In this document: positions 8,366 through 17,784 of the stretch, piece after piece
Numbering within the stretch: the stretch's first letter is position 1
Layout: each line of letters opens with the position of its first letter
NCBI GenBank assembly: GCA_964651185.1
Contig: CAZYWR010000349.1
Span: 1 to 25,734, forward strand
Source: an uncultured Polyangiales bacterium
GTDB lineage: Bacteria; Myxococcota_A; Polyangia; Polyangiales; DASUME01
DNA length: 25,734 nucleotides
Direction: 5' to 3'
Translations under genes and position numbers: made by a program
Notes under the pieces: generated by a model
What the model saw: the letters and a program-made list of their open reading frames with translations, nothing else
Database searches by the model: none
What the model was told of the DNA's origin: nothing

Positions 8366-10069
8366 ATGCACGGTATCCACCGCGTTTGCCCCTCGGCATG
8401 CTGGCGCTTCCTCGCATTCGTTGCGCTCTGGCCGGGCGCTCCCGGATGCGCGGGCGAAGGCAAGCTGACCCGTGCGGTCGTCGAGGTTTACAGCGACTTG
8501 GGACCAGAGCTCGCCAGCGTCAGCGTGCAGATCACCAACGAGCAAAGCGGCAAGCAAAGCGAACCATACGCCTTTGAGGCGGCCGCCGAGCGCGATCCCG
8601 AAAAGCTGTTGCTCTCGTTCGCGGTGGCACCGCCCCCCGGTGACGCATCCGGCTCCTTCATCGTGAGTGTCAGGGGGCTCGACGCGAAAGGAGAATTCCT
8701 TGTCGAAGGGCACGCCCGTGGAAGTTTCATACCCGGCGAGTTCACGACCGTACGCGTCGACCTAAATCGCGCATGCCAGGGGCTCGAGTGCAATTGTCCC
8801 CCCGACGCGGACCTCGAGCACGAGCCCGGCAGCACATCGGGTAGCGGCTGCGTCGATGACGATGGAGCCGCGGCGGAACGTGACGCCAACGACGGCGCGC
8901 AGGCGGCACGCAACGACGCGGCCAGCGCCGTGGGCCTCGACGCAGCGTCGATGGTGATGACGCAAGATGCCGCGGCCGATGCCGGTGCCTCCCCGGATGC
9001 TTCGGGTGAATCCTCGTGCCAAGCCATCACGGAGGTGTGCGATGGCACGGACAACGACTGCGACGGTGAGATCGACGATGGCGTGAAGATCCGCTGCTGG
9101 GCGGACGCGGATGGAGACGGCTACGCCAGCGCGGGTGCAACGGTCACCGAAACCTGCGACGCATGCGGCGCGAAGCAAACAGCGATCGAGCCGGTCATGG
9201 GCAAGATCGACTGCGACGACACGAGCGCGACGAAGAGTCCCGGCGCGACGGATATCTGCGGCGATCGCATCGACAACGATTGCGACGGCACGCCCGACGA
9301 TGAGTCCAACAACGCGTGCGGCGGCCCGTGTTCGGTTCAGCTGCCGGGCAAGGTGAGCGACCCCTGCAACAATGGCCAGCAGGGGGCCTGCGCACGCGCT
9401 GGGACATACGAGTGCAAGGCTGACCACTCGATGGTCTGCAATGCTCCCACGGTGCAACCGGCAGCCGTAGATACCTGCGGCGATGGAAGCGACAATGACT
9501 GCGACGGGCATGTCGATGAGGACGGCCTAACCTGGTACCCAGATTGCGACGGGGATGGCTTTGGCGGAGGCGGAGCAACCAAGACTTCTTGCTCGAAGCC
9601 CGCATCCGCCACGCGCTGCGCTTCTTGGGTCAGTGGCCCGATCGACAACATGGATTGCGACGATGGGAACGCCTTTCACTATCCTGGCGCAACCTACAAC
9701 CTCGGTCTCCCCACGCCGGCATTCAGCGATGGTAACGGCGTTTGGCAGGCGTTGTCGCTCCCATTCCCCGACACGAAGTTGTTTGACGGCGACGTCAATT
9801 GTGACGGGCGAGTCGAACAGATCCTGCCGATGTTCGAGCGGAAGACCGAGAGCTCGACCGAGTCCATGAAGTACCATATGTTCCCTGCCTGTACGTCTCA
9901 GAACCGGTGTGCGACTGAAGCGACGTCCGACCAGGACGAGTGCTATGAGTACTCGCTGACGACATCCGTGACGCAGTGCGGACTGGTGCCTTTCTTCATC
10001 AGCTACAAAGATGAGCTTACCGATGCGTGCGTGCGTTCAGATGAGAACCTGTACATCGTCTGCAGGTAA
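8366..10069 (+). CDS. Cys/Asp-rich lipoprotein with repeated putative metal-binding motifs (MopE-like CDGxDNDCDG repeats), 567 aa
   Basis: Signal ending GAPG-C; EVCDGTDNDCDGEIDDG, DICGDRIDNDCDGTPDD, DTCGDGSDNDCDGHVDED, WADADGDGY, WYPDCDGDGFG, DCDD motifs. Confidence 0.85.
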   Translation: MHGIHRVCPSACWRFLAFVALWPGAPGCAGEGKLTRAVVEVYSDLGPELASVSVQITNEQSGKQSEPYAFEAAAERDPEKLLLSFAVAPPPGDASGSFIVSVRGLDAKGEFLVEGHARGSFIPGEFTTVRVDLNRACQGLECNCPPDADLEHEPGSTSGSGCVDDDGAAAERDANDGAQAARNDAASAVGLDAASMVMTQDAAADAGASPDASGESSCQAITEVCDGTDNDCDGEIDDGVKIRCWADADGDGYASAGATVTETCDACGAKQTAIEPVMGKIDCDDTSATKSPGATDICGDRIDNDCDGTPDDESNNACGGPCSVQLPGKVSDPCNNGQQGACARAGTYECKADHSMVCNAPTVQPAAVDTCGDGSDNDCDGHVDEDGLTWYPDCDGDGFGGGGATKTSCSKPASATRCASWVSGPIDNMDCDDGNAFHYPGATYNLGLPTPAFSDGNGVWQALSLPFPDTKLFDGDVNCDGRVEQILPMFERKTESSTESMKYHMFPACTSQNRCATEATSDQDECYEYSLTTSVTQCGLVPFFISYKDELTDACVRSDENLYIVCR

Positions 10070-10275
10070 AACATGTTCGGGTCCGTACGTGCCTCGAGCG
10101 CACTGGTGCCGCTGACCAATCTCCGCTGCACGCCGAAGACGTCTGTGTCGAAAGCGTCTCGGTGGAAGCGGATGCAGAGATGGCGGCCCGCATCAGTCGT
10201 GGAGGTCGCAGGACTCGAGGGCGCCGTCGGCCGGGCTACGTTGGCGTGCGATGTGCCTCGCTTACGCGAATCGAC

Positions 10276-11370
10276 TCACAGGGCGCTGCGGCCGGAGCCG
10301 AGTCCGATGGTGACGCCGACGATGCCGAGGTCGACGTCGAGGCTCAGGCCGGCGCTGGTCCCGCCGTCGGTTCCCGCATCCGGGCTGCTCGGGCCGGCGG
10401 TCCCCGCGTCGCTCGCTGCGCAGGCGCTCGTGCAGGACGGCATGGAGGTGGAGGAGGTCGCAGTAGATGAGGACGCGGAGGCGGGCATGGTCACGCCGGC
10501 GTTGGATACGGACGCTGGGGTGGACCCGCTGTCTGCGGTGGCTGACTGCGACGTGCTCGAGGCAGCGGCGCTCGACGTGGCCGGGGTGGACGCGCTCGGC
10601 GTACTCGAAGTGGACGCGCTCGGCGTGCTCGAGGTGGACGCGCTCGGGCTGGTCGTCGAGGTGGACGTGCTCGCGGGCGTCGTCATCCCTGAGGCGCTCG
10701 CGCCTGCGGCGGCCCCCGCCTGATTGGCGGCCGGGGTCGACACGTTGCTGCTCGGGTTCGCGCCGCTGGTCCCACCACTCGGCGTGCTCGTGTTGGCCGT
10801 GTTCGTCACGTTCGTGGGTGCATCCGCGCTCGCGACGCTCGCGCTCGGCGTGCTAGCGGTGACGCTCGGGCTGCTCGCTGTGCTCGAGCTCGCTGGACTC
10901 GCTGACGCGCTGGAAGCTACCTCGGTCGCGCCTGTAGGTGCAGAGGCTGAGCTCGCCGCAGCGGCGTTGGGTGCCTCGCTCGACGCGGATGCATGCCCTT
11001 CGGCAGCGGGCGCCGTCGGGCTCGCGGTTGTGTCATCGGACGAAGCCGCCGTCTCCGGGCCGGCGTCGGGCGTTGGCGGGTCGTCGTGAACACGGCCGGA
11101 GCTGTTGCCGGCACCTCTGTCGTGCGACGGCGCTCGCTCGGCGGCATCGCCCTCCGCGTCTTCCGCGTCTCGCGGCCCGCCCTGAGATGGATTGTCCGGA
11201 TGGTCAGGGTCGAGCACGCAAAAGCCGCGATAGCAAATCTGACCCGACGCGCAGCTTTCGCTCTCGCCACACGCCGCAGGACGTTCGGGCGGGTCGGAGC
11301 AGGCCCAAAAGGCGATGGCGGCGAGCGAGAGCGCCGTGCTCGCCCGTGGATCGCGTTCGCGCAATGGCAT
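10276..11370 (-). CDS. Hypothetical lipoprotein with small Cys-rich module and long Ser/Thr/Ala-rich region, about 364 aa
   Basis: MPLRERDPRASTALSLAAIAFWA-C; CGESESCASGQICYRGFCV; low-complexity body. Start uncertain (11403 or 11469 possible). Confidence 0.65.
   Translation of the reverse strand: MPLRERDPRASTALSLAAIAFWACSDPPERPAACGESESCASGQICYRGFCVLDPDHPDNPSQGGPRDAEDAEGDAAERAPSHDRGAGNSSGRVHDDPPTPDAGPETAASSDDTTASPTAPAAEGHASASSEAPNAAAASSASAPTGATEVASSASASPASSSTASSPSVTASTPSASVASADAPTNVTNTANTSTPSGGTSGANPSSNVSTPAANQAGAAAGASASGMTTPASTSTSTTSPSASTSSTPSASTSSTPSASTPATSSAAASSTSQSATADSGSTPASVSNAGVTMPASASSSTATSSTSMPSCTSACAASDAGTAGPSSPDAGTDGGTSAGLSLDVDLGIVGVTIGLGSGRSAL
10586..10684. repeat. Four intragenic 24-27-nt tandem repeats encoding TPSASTSS-like units
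   Basis: Units start at 10586, 10610, 10634 and 10661, each beginning GTGGACG(C/T)GCTCG. Confidence 0.8.
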
Positions 11371-11629
11371 GGTATGCCGCGGCGGGTTGGAGATGCTGCG
11401 CATGCCGCTTCGGCTTGCAGCCTTCGTGCCTGTGTTGGAATCGGCCTGCGTGTCGAAAGCCTGGCCCATGGCTGCCCGTGGCGCCTCAGTGCGGCAGCTT
11501 GGCTCGCCGCACCGATCGCGAAAGCCACGGCGAGCGCGCGCATCGATTCTCGCGCTTTGCGCGGCGGCGCGACACCATCTTCGGCGAAGCGTGCGGCGCG
11601 AGCGCGCGGGGCGGCGCTATGCTGCGCCG

Positions 11630-12490
11630 ATGCTCCGGGCCCCTTCGCCTCGGCACGCGAACGCGCGTCTGGCGCTCCTGCTCTGTTTGGCGCTGACCGC
11701 CGGCTGCGCCTCTGTCACGACGCGCATCGCGGGCTGGTACGTCACGCGGGAGATCGACAGCTACCTCGACCTGAACAGCGAGCAGAAAAAGGAGGTCCGC
11801 CACGAGGTCGATCGCACGCTCGATGCGCTGCGCCGTGACCAGCTCCCGCACTGGCTGAACCTGCTGCGATCGACGCGTGACACGATCGGCCGCGGGGCCG
11901 ACGAGCCGGCCGTAACGACCTTACAGACGCGCTACGACCAGCTGATGGACGCCGGCGTGGACCTGCTCGCGCCGAAGTTCGCGCGCGTCTTCGCGACGCT
12001 GGACGAACCCCAGATCGACCACTTCGAGCGGCACGCGAAGGAGCGGCTCGACGAGGTTTACGAGGATCGCGAGCTTGCGCCCGAGAAGCGCCGCAAGAAG
12101 CAGGATGAGCAGCTGGTCGAGGCGCTCGAGTCTGTGGTCGGAGGGCTGCGCGAGGAGCAAGAGCGCACGATCCTCGCTTTCGCGCACACGCTGCCCGACG
12201 AGTGGCCGGCGCAGTACCGCGTGAGCCGCGATCGTATCGGCCGCTTTGCTGCCTTCCTGCGCACCCACCCCGGCCCGAGCGCCATCGAGGCAGAGCTGTT
12301 TCGGCTCTGGCGCACGCGCTACGACGAGCTCGGAGCGGGCCGCGACCTCGCGGCCCGACGCGCCGAGCAGCGGCAGTTCATCCTGACGGTCGATCGCACG
12401 CTGTCGCCCGCCCAGCGCCGCGAAGGCGTCGACAACCTCAACGAGCGCATTCAGCAGCTCGCGCGCTTTGCGCTCCCGGAGGCGGATTGA
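11630..12490 (+). CDS. DUF6279-like lipoprotein, 286 aa
   Basis: Lipobox LALTAG-C; WYVTREIDSYLDLNSEQK...LRRDQLPHW resembles DUF6279; all-helical, charged body. The extension to 11315 overlaps the opposite-strand gene. Confidence 0.7.
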   Translation: MLRAPSPRHANARLALLLCLALTAGCASVTTRIAGWYVTREIDSYLDLNSEQKKEVRHEVDRTLDALRRDQLPHWLNLLRSTRDTIGRGADEPAVTTLQTRYDQLMDAGVDLLAPKFARVFATLDEPQIDHFERHAKERLDEVYEDRELAPEKRRKKQDEQLVEALESVVGGLREEQERTILAFAHTLPDEWPAQYRVSRDRIGRFAAFLRTHPGPSAIEAELFRLWRTRYDELGAGRDLAARRAEQRQFILTVDRTLSPAQRREGVDNLNERIQQLARFALPEAD

Positions 12491-12575
12491 GCGTCAGGTC
12501 GGGCATTCGCCTCCACGCGCGTCGTACGGGGCGTCGTCCACTCGAAGCCCGTCTGACACGTCGATCCGGAGTGCC

Positions 12576-13487
12576 TCAGCAGAGCAGCGCCCGCAGCGCG
12601 GCGACCAGCGCGAGCGGCTGGGCGAGGGGGACGTGGTGGCCGGCTTCCGGAATGGCGATGGGGCCCCGCCCGTGCGCGAGGTGGCTTACGATCTTCTCCG
12701 GCCGTCCGCCGTGCATGATCGGGCTGAGCGCGCCGTAAAGGTAGGTGACGGGGACCTGGATCTGGCGCAAGACGGCGCCGCCGTCGGGCTCGCTGCGGGC
12801 GTGGCTCAGGTTTTCGGCGAACTTCCAGCGATAGCCGCCCGGCACGGGCGCGAGCGAATGGTAGGCGACGTAGTCGCGCGCATAGTCGAGCACCGTGGGA
12901 TCCTCCGGCGTCAGACGGTAGCGCGCCTTGGCGTCGGCGATCGTGGGGTAGACCTTACGCGGTCCGAGCGTGAGCGGCGGGCCGCGCACGTCCGCGTCCG
13001 CAAAGTGCACGTAGCTGTCGATCACCAGCGCGCGCGCGACCAGCTCGGGTCGCTCCGCGCAGAGTTTGAGTACGCGACTGCCCCCGAAGCTGTGGCCGAC
13101 CAAGGTCGCGGGCGCGCTGCCGGCGTCGCGCATGGCCTCTGCGATCTCCAACGCGAAGCTCAGCGAATCGTAGGCGGCGCGCGGCGCGCTGTCGCCCATG
13201 CCCGAGAAATCGAGCGCGTAGACGCGAAAGCGCGCGGTGAAAAACGGCGCGATGCAGCTCCACCAGCGCGCGTGCGCGCGGAAGCCGTGCAGGAACCAGA
13301 GCGGCGGTTTGTCCGCTTCGTCGTGGTTCCAGGACAGGTAGTGAAGGCGCGCGCCGTCCGCCTCGACGTCATGGGAGCGCGTCGGCAGGGCGACTGCATG
13401 GCGAAACCACGCGGGCGCGCGCTCGTGTTGCCAGGTCGCTTCGGGCGGCGCGGCGGGCGCACCGGGTTCGCTTTCGGGATTTGACAC
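12576..13487 (-). CDS. Alpha/beta-fold hydrolase, 303 aa
   Basis: LHGF oxyanion motif, DFSGMGDS, nucleophile elbow GHSFGG, C-terminal AGHHV catalytic His. Confidence 0.9.
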   Translation of the reverse strand: MSNPESEPGAPAAPPEATWQHERAPAWFRHAVALPTRSHDVEADGARLHYLSWNHDEADKPPLWFLHGFRAHARWWSCIAPFFTARFRVYALDFSGMGDSAPRAAYDSLSFALEIAEAMRDAGSAPATLVGHSFGGSRVLKLCAERPELVARALVIDSYVHFADADVRGPPLTLGPRKVYPTIADAKARYRLTPEDPTVLDYARDYVAYHSLAPVPGGYRWKFAENLSHARSEPDGGAVLRQIQVPVTYLYGALSPIMHGGRPEKIVSHLAHGRGPIAIPEAGHHVPLAQPLALVAALRALLC

Positions 13488-13624
13488 GGTCCTCGCGAAC
13501 GATAACGTGCGCGCTGCTCGCGACCACTGCCCCCAACCTGTTTCCGTTTCGCCTCGCGGCCCTCGCGCCGGGAGGCGGCGCGGGCCGGGGACGGTACCAC
13601 CACGTTCGCCCGGGAGAGATAGCG

Positions 13625-15721
13625 ATGCTTGGAAGATTCGAAAAGCGCGGTGAAGTTGGAATTATCTTCGTCGAAAACCCTCCGGTGAACGCGATCAGCG
13701 TCGGCGTGCGCGAGGCGCTGATCGACGGCGCGGCGAAGCTCGCGGCCGACGCGGGGCTCAAGGCGGGCGTGCTCGTGTGCGCAGGTCGCACGTTCATGGC
13801 GGGCGCCGACATCACCGAGTTCGGCAAGCCCCCGCGCTCGCCCACGTTGCAAGAGGCGATCGACGCGCTCGAACGCAGCGCGAAGCCGATCATCGCAGCG
13901 ATCCACGGCACCGCGTTCGGCGGCGGCCTCGAAGTGGCGCTCGCTTGCTCGTATCGCGTGGCCGTGGCTCCGGCGCAGGTCGGCCTCCCGGAAGTGAAGC
14001 TCGGTATCTTGCCGGGCGCAGGCGGCACCCAGCGACTGCCGCGCGTGATCGGCGTGCAAGCGGCGCTCGACGCCATCGTGTCCGGCGATCCGATCGCCGC
14101 GCCCGCCGCGCACCAAGCGGGCCTGATCGATCGAATCGTGGACGGCGATCTTTTGGAAGGGGCGCTGGCGTTCGCGCAAGAGCTGATCGGGAAGGGCGCG
14201 CCCGTGCGCAAGGTGCGCGACCAGACGATCGACACCGCCGCGCTCCAACCCGGCTTCTTCGACGAGTCGCGCAAGCGCGTGGCCAAGGAGAAGCGCAACC
14301 TGTTCGCGCCGCAGCGCATCATCGATGCCGTGGAGGCGGCGACGAAGCTCTCGTTCGACGAAGGTCTCAAGCGCGAGCGCGAGCTGTTCGTGGAGTGCGC
14401 GAAGAACAGCCAAGCGCGCGCGCTCCAGCACGTGTTCTTCGCCGAGCGGCGCGCCGCCAGCATCCCGAACCTGCCGAAGGGAACCGCCACGCGCGCGATT
14501 CGTTCGGCCGCGGTGATCGGCGCGGGCACGATGGGCGGCGGCATCGCCATGAACTTCGCCAACGCGGGCATCCCGGTGACCGTGCTCGAGGTTAATCAAG
14601 AGAACCTCGATCGCGGCCTGGGTGTGGTGCGCAAGAACTACGAAGCCTCGGCCAAGAAGGGCAAGCTCACGAGCGCGCAGCTCGAGGAGCGGCTCGGGCT
14701 GATCAAGCCGACCTTGAGCTACGACGACCTAGGCGGTGCGGACCTGATCATCGAGGCCGTGTTCGAGACCATGGCGATCAAGCGCGAGGTGTTCGGCAAG
14801 CTCGATCGCGTGGCCAAGAAGGGCGCGATCCTGGCTTCGAACACGTCGTATCTTTCGATCGACGAGATCGCGGCCTGCACGTCGCGTCCGGGCGATGTCG
14901 TCGGGATGCATTTCTTCTCGCCCGCCAACGTGATGCGCCTGTGCGAGGTCGTGCGCGGCGCGAACACGGCGCCGGAGGTGCTGGCGACGGCGCTCGAGGT
15001 CGCCAAGCGCATCAAGAAGGTCGGCGTGGTCGCAGGCAACCACCACGGCTTCATCGGCAACCGCATGCTCAGCGGCTACGCCTACCACGCGCAGATCCTC
15101 ATCCTCGAAGGCGCCAAGATCGAGCAGGTGGACCGCGCGGTGCGCGAGTTCGGCATGCCCATGGGGCCGTTCCAGATGGGCGACCTGGCCGGCCTCGACA
15201 TCGGCTACAAATCGCGCAAAGACCGCGAACCCGGGAGTTACGACATCCGCTTCGCGAAGGTCGCGGACGCCTTGGTGGAGATGGGCCGCCTCGGGCAGAA
15301 GAGCAATGGCGGTTACTACGACTACGTGCCGGGCGACCGCACGCCGAAGCCCTCGCCGGTGGTCGAGGAGCTGGTGCAGAAGGTCGCGCGCGAGGTGGGC
15401 TTCAAGCAGCGCACCTTCAGCGATCGAGAGATCGTCGAGCGCTGCATGCTCCCGCTCTTCAACGTGGGCTGCGACGTGCTCGAGGAGGGCGTCGCTTACC
15501 GCGCGAGCGACATCGACATCGTCTACCTCTACGGCTACGGCTTCCCCGCGTACCGCGGCGGGCCGATGTTCTGGGCCGAGCATGAAGTCGGCCTCGCTCC
15601 GGCGCTCGAGAAGATCCGTCAGTACGGCGAGATCGTGGGCGAGCGCTGGACGAAGCCGTCGCCGCTGCTGGCGCGCCTGGTGAACGAGGGCAAGACCCTC
15701 GCCAGCCTCGACCAAGGCTGA
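13625..15721 (+). CDS. Bifunctional enoyl-CoA hydratase / 3-hydroxyacyl-CoA dehydrogenase (FadB/FadJ-like), 698 aa
   Basis: GGGLEVALAC, GLPEVKLGILPGAGGTQRLPR (crotonase); VIGAGTMGGGIA, ASNTS, GMHFFSPANVM, GFIGNRM (HACD). ATG 13625 follows GGGAGAG. Confidence 0.95.
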   Translation: MLGRFEKRGEVGIIFVENPPVNAISVGVREALIDGAAKLAADAGLKAGVLVCAGRTFMAGADITEFGKPPRSPTLQEAIDALERSAKPIIAAIHGTAFGGGLEVALACSYRVAVAPAQVGLPEVKLGILPGAGGTQRLPRVIGVQAALDAIVSGDPIAAPAAHQAGLIDRIVDGDLLEGALAFAQELIGKGAPVRKVRDQTIDTAALQPGFFDESRKRVAKEKRNLFAPQRIIDAVEAATKLSFDEGLKRERELFVECAKNSQARALQHVFFAERRAASIPNLPKGTATRAIRSAAVIGAGTMGGGIAMNFANAGIPVTVLEVNQENLDRGLGVVRKNYEASAKKGKLTSAQLEERLGLIKPTLSYDDLGGADLIIEAVFETMAIKREVFGKLDRVAKKGAILASNTSYLSIDEIAACTSRPGDVVGMHFFSPANVMRLCEVVRGANTAPEVLATALEVAKRIKKVGVVAGNHHGFIGNRMLSGYAYHAQILILEGAKIEQVDRAVREFGMPMGPFQMGDLAGLDIGYKSRKDREPGSYDIRFAKVADALVEMGRLGQKSNGGYYDYVPGDRTPKPSPVVEELVQKVAREVGFKQRTFSDREIVERCMLPLFNVGCDVLEEGVAYRASDIDIVYLYGYGFPAYRGGPMFWAEHEVGLAPALEKIRQYGEIVGERWTKPSPLLARLVNEGKTLASLDQG

Positions 15722-15742
15722 TCGCGCGCTCGTCCTCCGTGG

Positions 15743-15811
15743 GCGGGCGAGACGGGCGCGCCGGATCGTGCGCGTTTCGCGCGGGCGAGACAGGTGCGCC
15801 GGATCCTGCGC
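15743..15811. repeat. Two 31-nt intergenic direct repeats, 38-nt period
   Basis: GCGGGCGAGACGGGCGCGCCGGATCGTGCGC (15743-15773) vs GCGGGCGAGACAGGTGCGCCGGATCCTGCGC (15781-15811), 28/31 identical. Confidence 0.7.
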
Positions 15812-15861
15812 CCTTCGCCGGCGTTTTCAGGTAACTTCGCGGTCAGGAAGGTTCGTCCGCG

Positions 15862-17001
<1,140 letters not shown>

Positions 17002-17025
17002 CTTCGACGATCGACGGCGTCGAAG
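17002..17025 (+). terminator. Hairpin directly after the stop codon (possible terminator or stabiliser, no U-tract)
   Basis: CTTCGACG-N8-CGTCGAAG perfect 8-bp inverted repeat. Confidence 0.3.
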
Positions 17026-17078
17026 CGCCGCCCGTCGAGTCGAGCGAGGAAGCCCCTTCGAATTTTCGCCGGAGGCGG

Positions 17079-17275
17079 CAGCTCGATCTCGACTCGCCCA
17101 TTCCACTGCTCCGCGCCGTACTACGCGAGGGCCGCAGGGTGTACGAGCGCGCTCCCGGGGTGGCCGCTACTTTGCGTCGCGCGCGCGCAGCGTGCTGGAC
17201 CTCGATGGACCCGGCTATGATCGGATGATGCGCGCGTTCATCGCGCGGGTGGCGCAGCGGGGCGTCGGCACGTGA
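17079..17275 (+). pseudogene. C-terminal remnant of a minimal nucleotidyltransferase (MNT/MntA-like antitoxin), frameshifted
   Basis: QLDLDSPIPLLRAVLREGRRVYERAPGV, then after a one-base shift at about 17163 RYFASRARSVLDLDGPGYDRMMRAFIARVAQRG. Resembles MNT C-termini; the catalytic GS..DxD N-terminus is absent. The stop overlaps the next GTG. Confidence 0.55.
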
Positions 17276-17421
17276 TCGACCGCGGGGCGATCGTGGCGAA
17301 GCTCGCAGAGCTCGACAGGCGCGTCCGCCGCGTGGAGGCTGTGCGCCAGGCAGGGGCCGCTGAGTATGATCGCGATGAAGCGGCGACCGAGCTCACCGCC
17401 TTCAATCTATCCAGCCCGTGA
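17272..17421 (+). pseudogene. N-terminal fragment (49 aa) of a DUF86/HepT-like HEPN toxin
   Basis: MIDRGAIVAKLAELDRRVRRVEAV...DEAATELTAFNL resembles the DUF86 N-terminus; GTGA coupling to the MNT remnant; ends before any RxxxxH motif. Confidence 0.65.
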
Positions 17422-17425
17422 CCGC

Positions 17426-17620
17426 TCAGGCGGGGCTGACCGCTTCGTGGCGCTTGGGTAAGGTGAACGTAAAGGTCGAGCCCTTACCGAGCTCGCTCAC
17501 GGGGATGTGCCCGACGCGCGCCTCCACGAAGCCGCGCGCGATGTACAAACCGAGCCCGGTCTCCGAGCTGGTGCTCTCGCTTTGCGATAGCAAATCATAT
17601 TCTCGACCGTAATGCCGCAC
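17426..17620 (-). pseudogene. C-terminal fragment of a sensor histidine kinase HATPase domain
   Basis: TGLGLYIARGFVEARVGHIPVSELGKGSTFTFTLP is a G2 box plus terminal strands; H, N and G1 boxes are missing. Confidence 0.75.
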
Positions 17621-17784
17621 GGCGGTACACCGGCGCAGAGTCCCCGCAACCGCGGTCGGTGTGGCGTGCTCGGCGTGACCGTGCTTGCCTGGACCCCGGA
17701 AAAAGTGGTCACATGAAGTCTTCCTTCCCCCGGGGGCTCGCCGCGACTTCCCTCCCGGTGGGGGGCAAGGAAGGTGGGGGCGCG

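Noticed and set aside
7998-8577. ORF extension 7998-8210 (-) and ORF 8017-8577 (+) with GSREP peptides
   Set aside because: The peptides are translations of the palindromes; better starts with RBS and signal peptides exist at 7997 and 8366.
10073-11089. Plus-strand ORFs rich in V/D/A/L/G repeats
   Set aside because: Mirror of the Ser/Thr/Ala-rich lipoprotein, which has a credible lipobox and Cys module.
13481-13506. TTGACA ... GATAAC as the promoter of the beta-oxidation gene
   Set aside because: Spacer is only 14 nt, and TTGACA is the antisense of the hydrolase's first codons.
13160-15715. Minus-strand ORFs of 479, 400 and 328 aa
   Set aside because: Shadows of the FadB-like gene; no domains.
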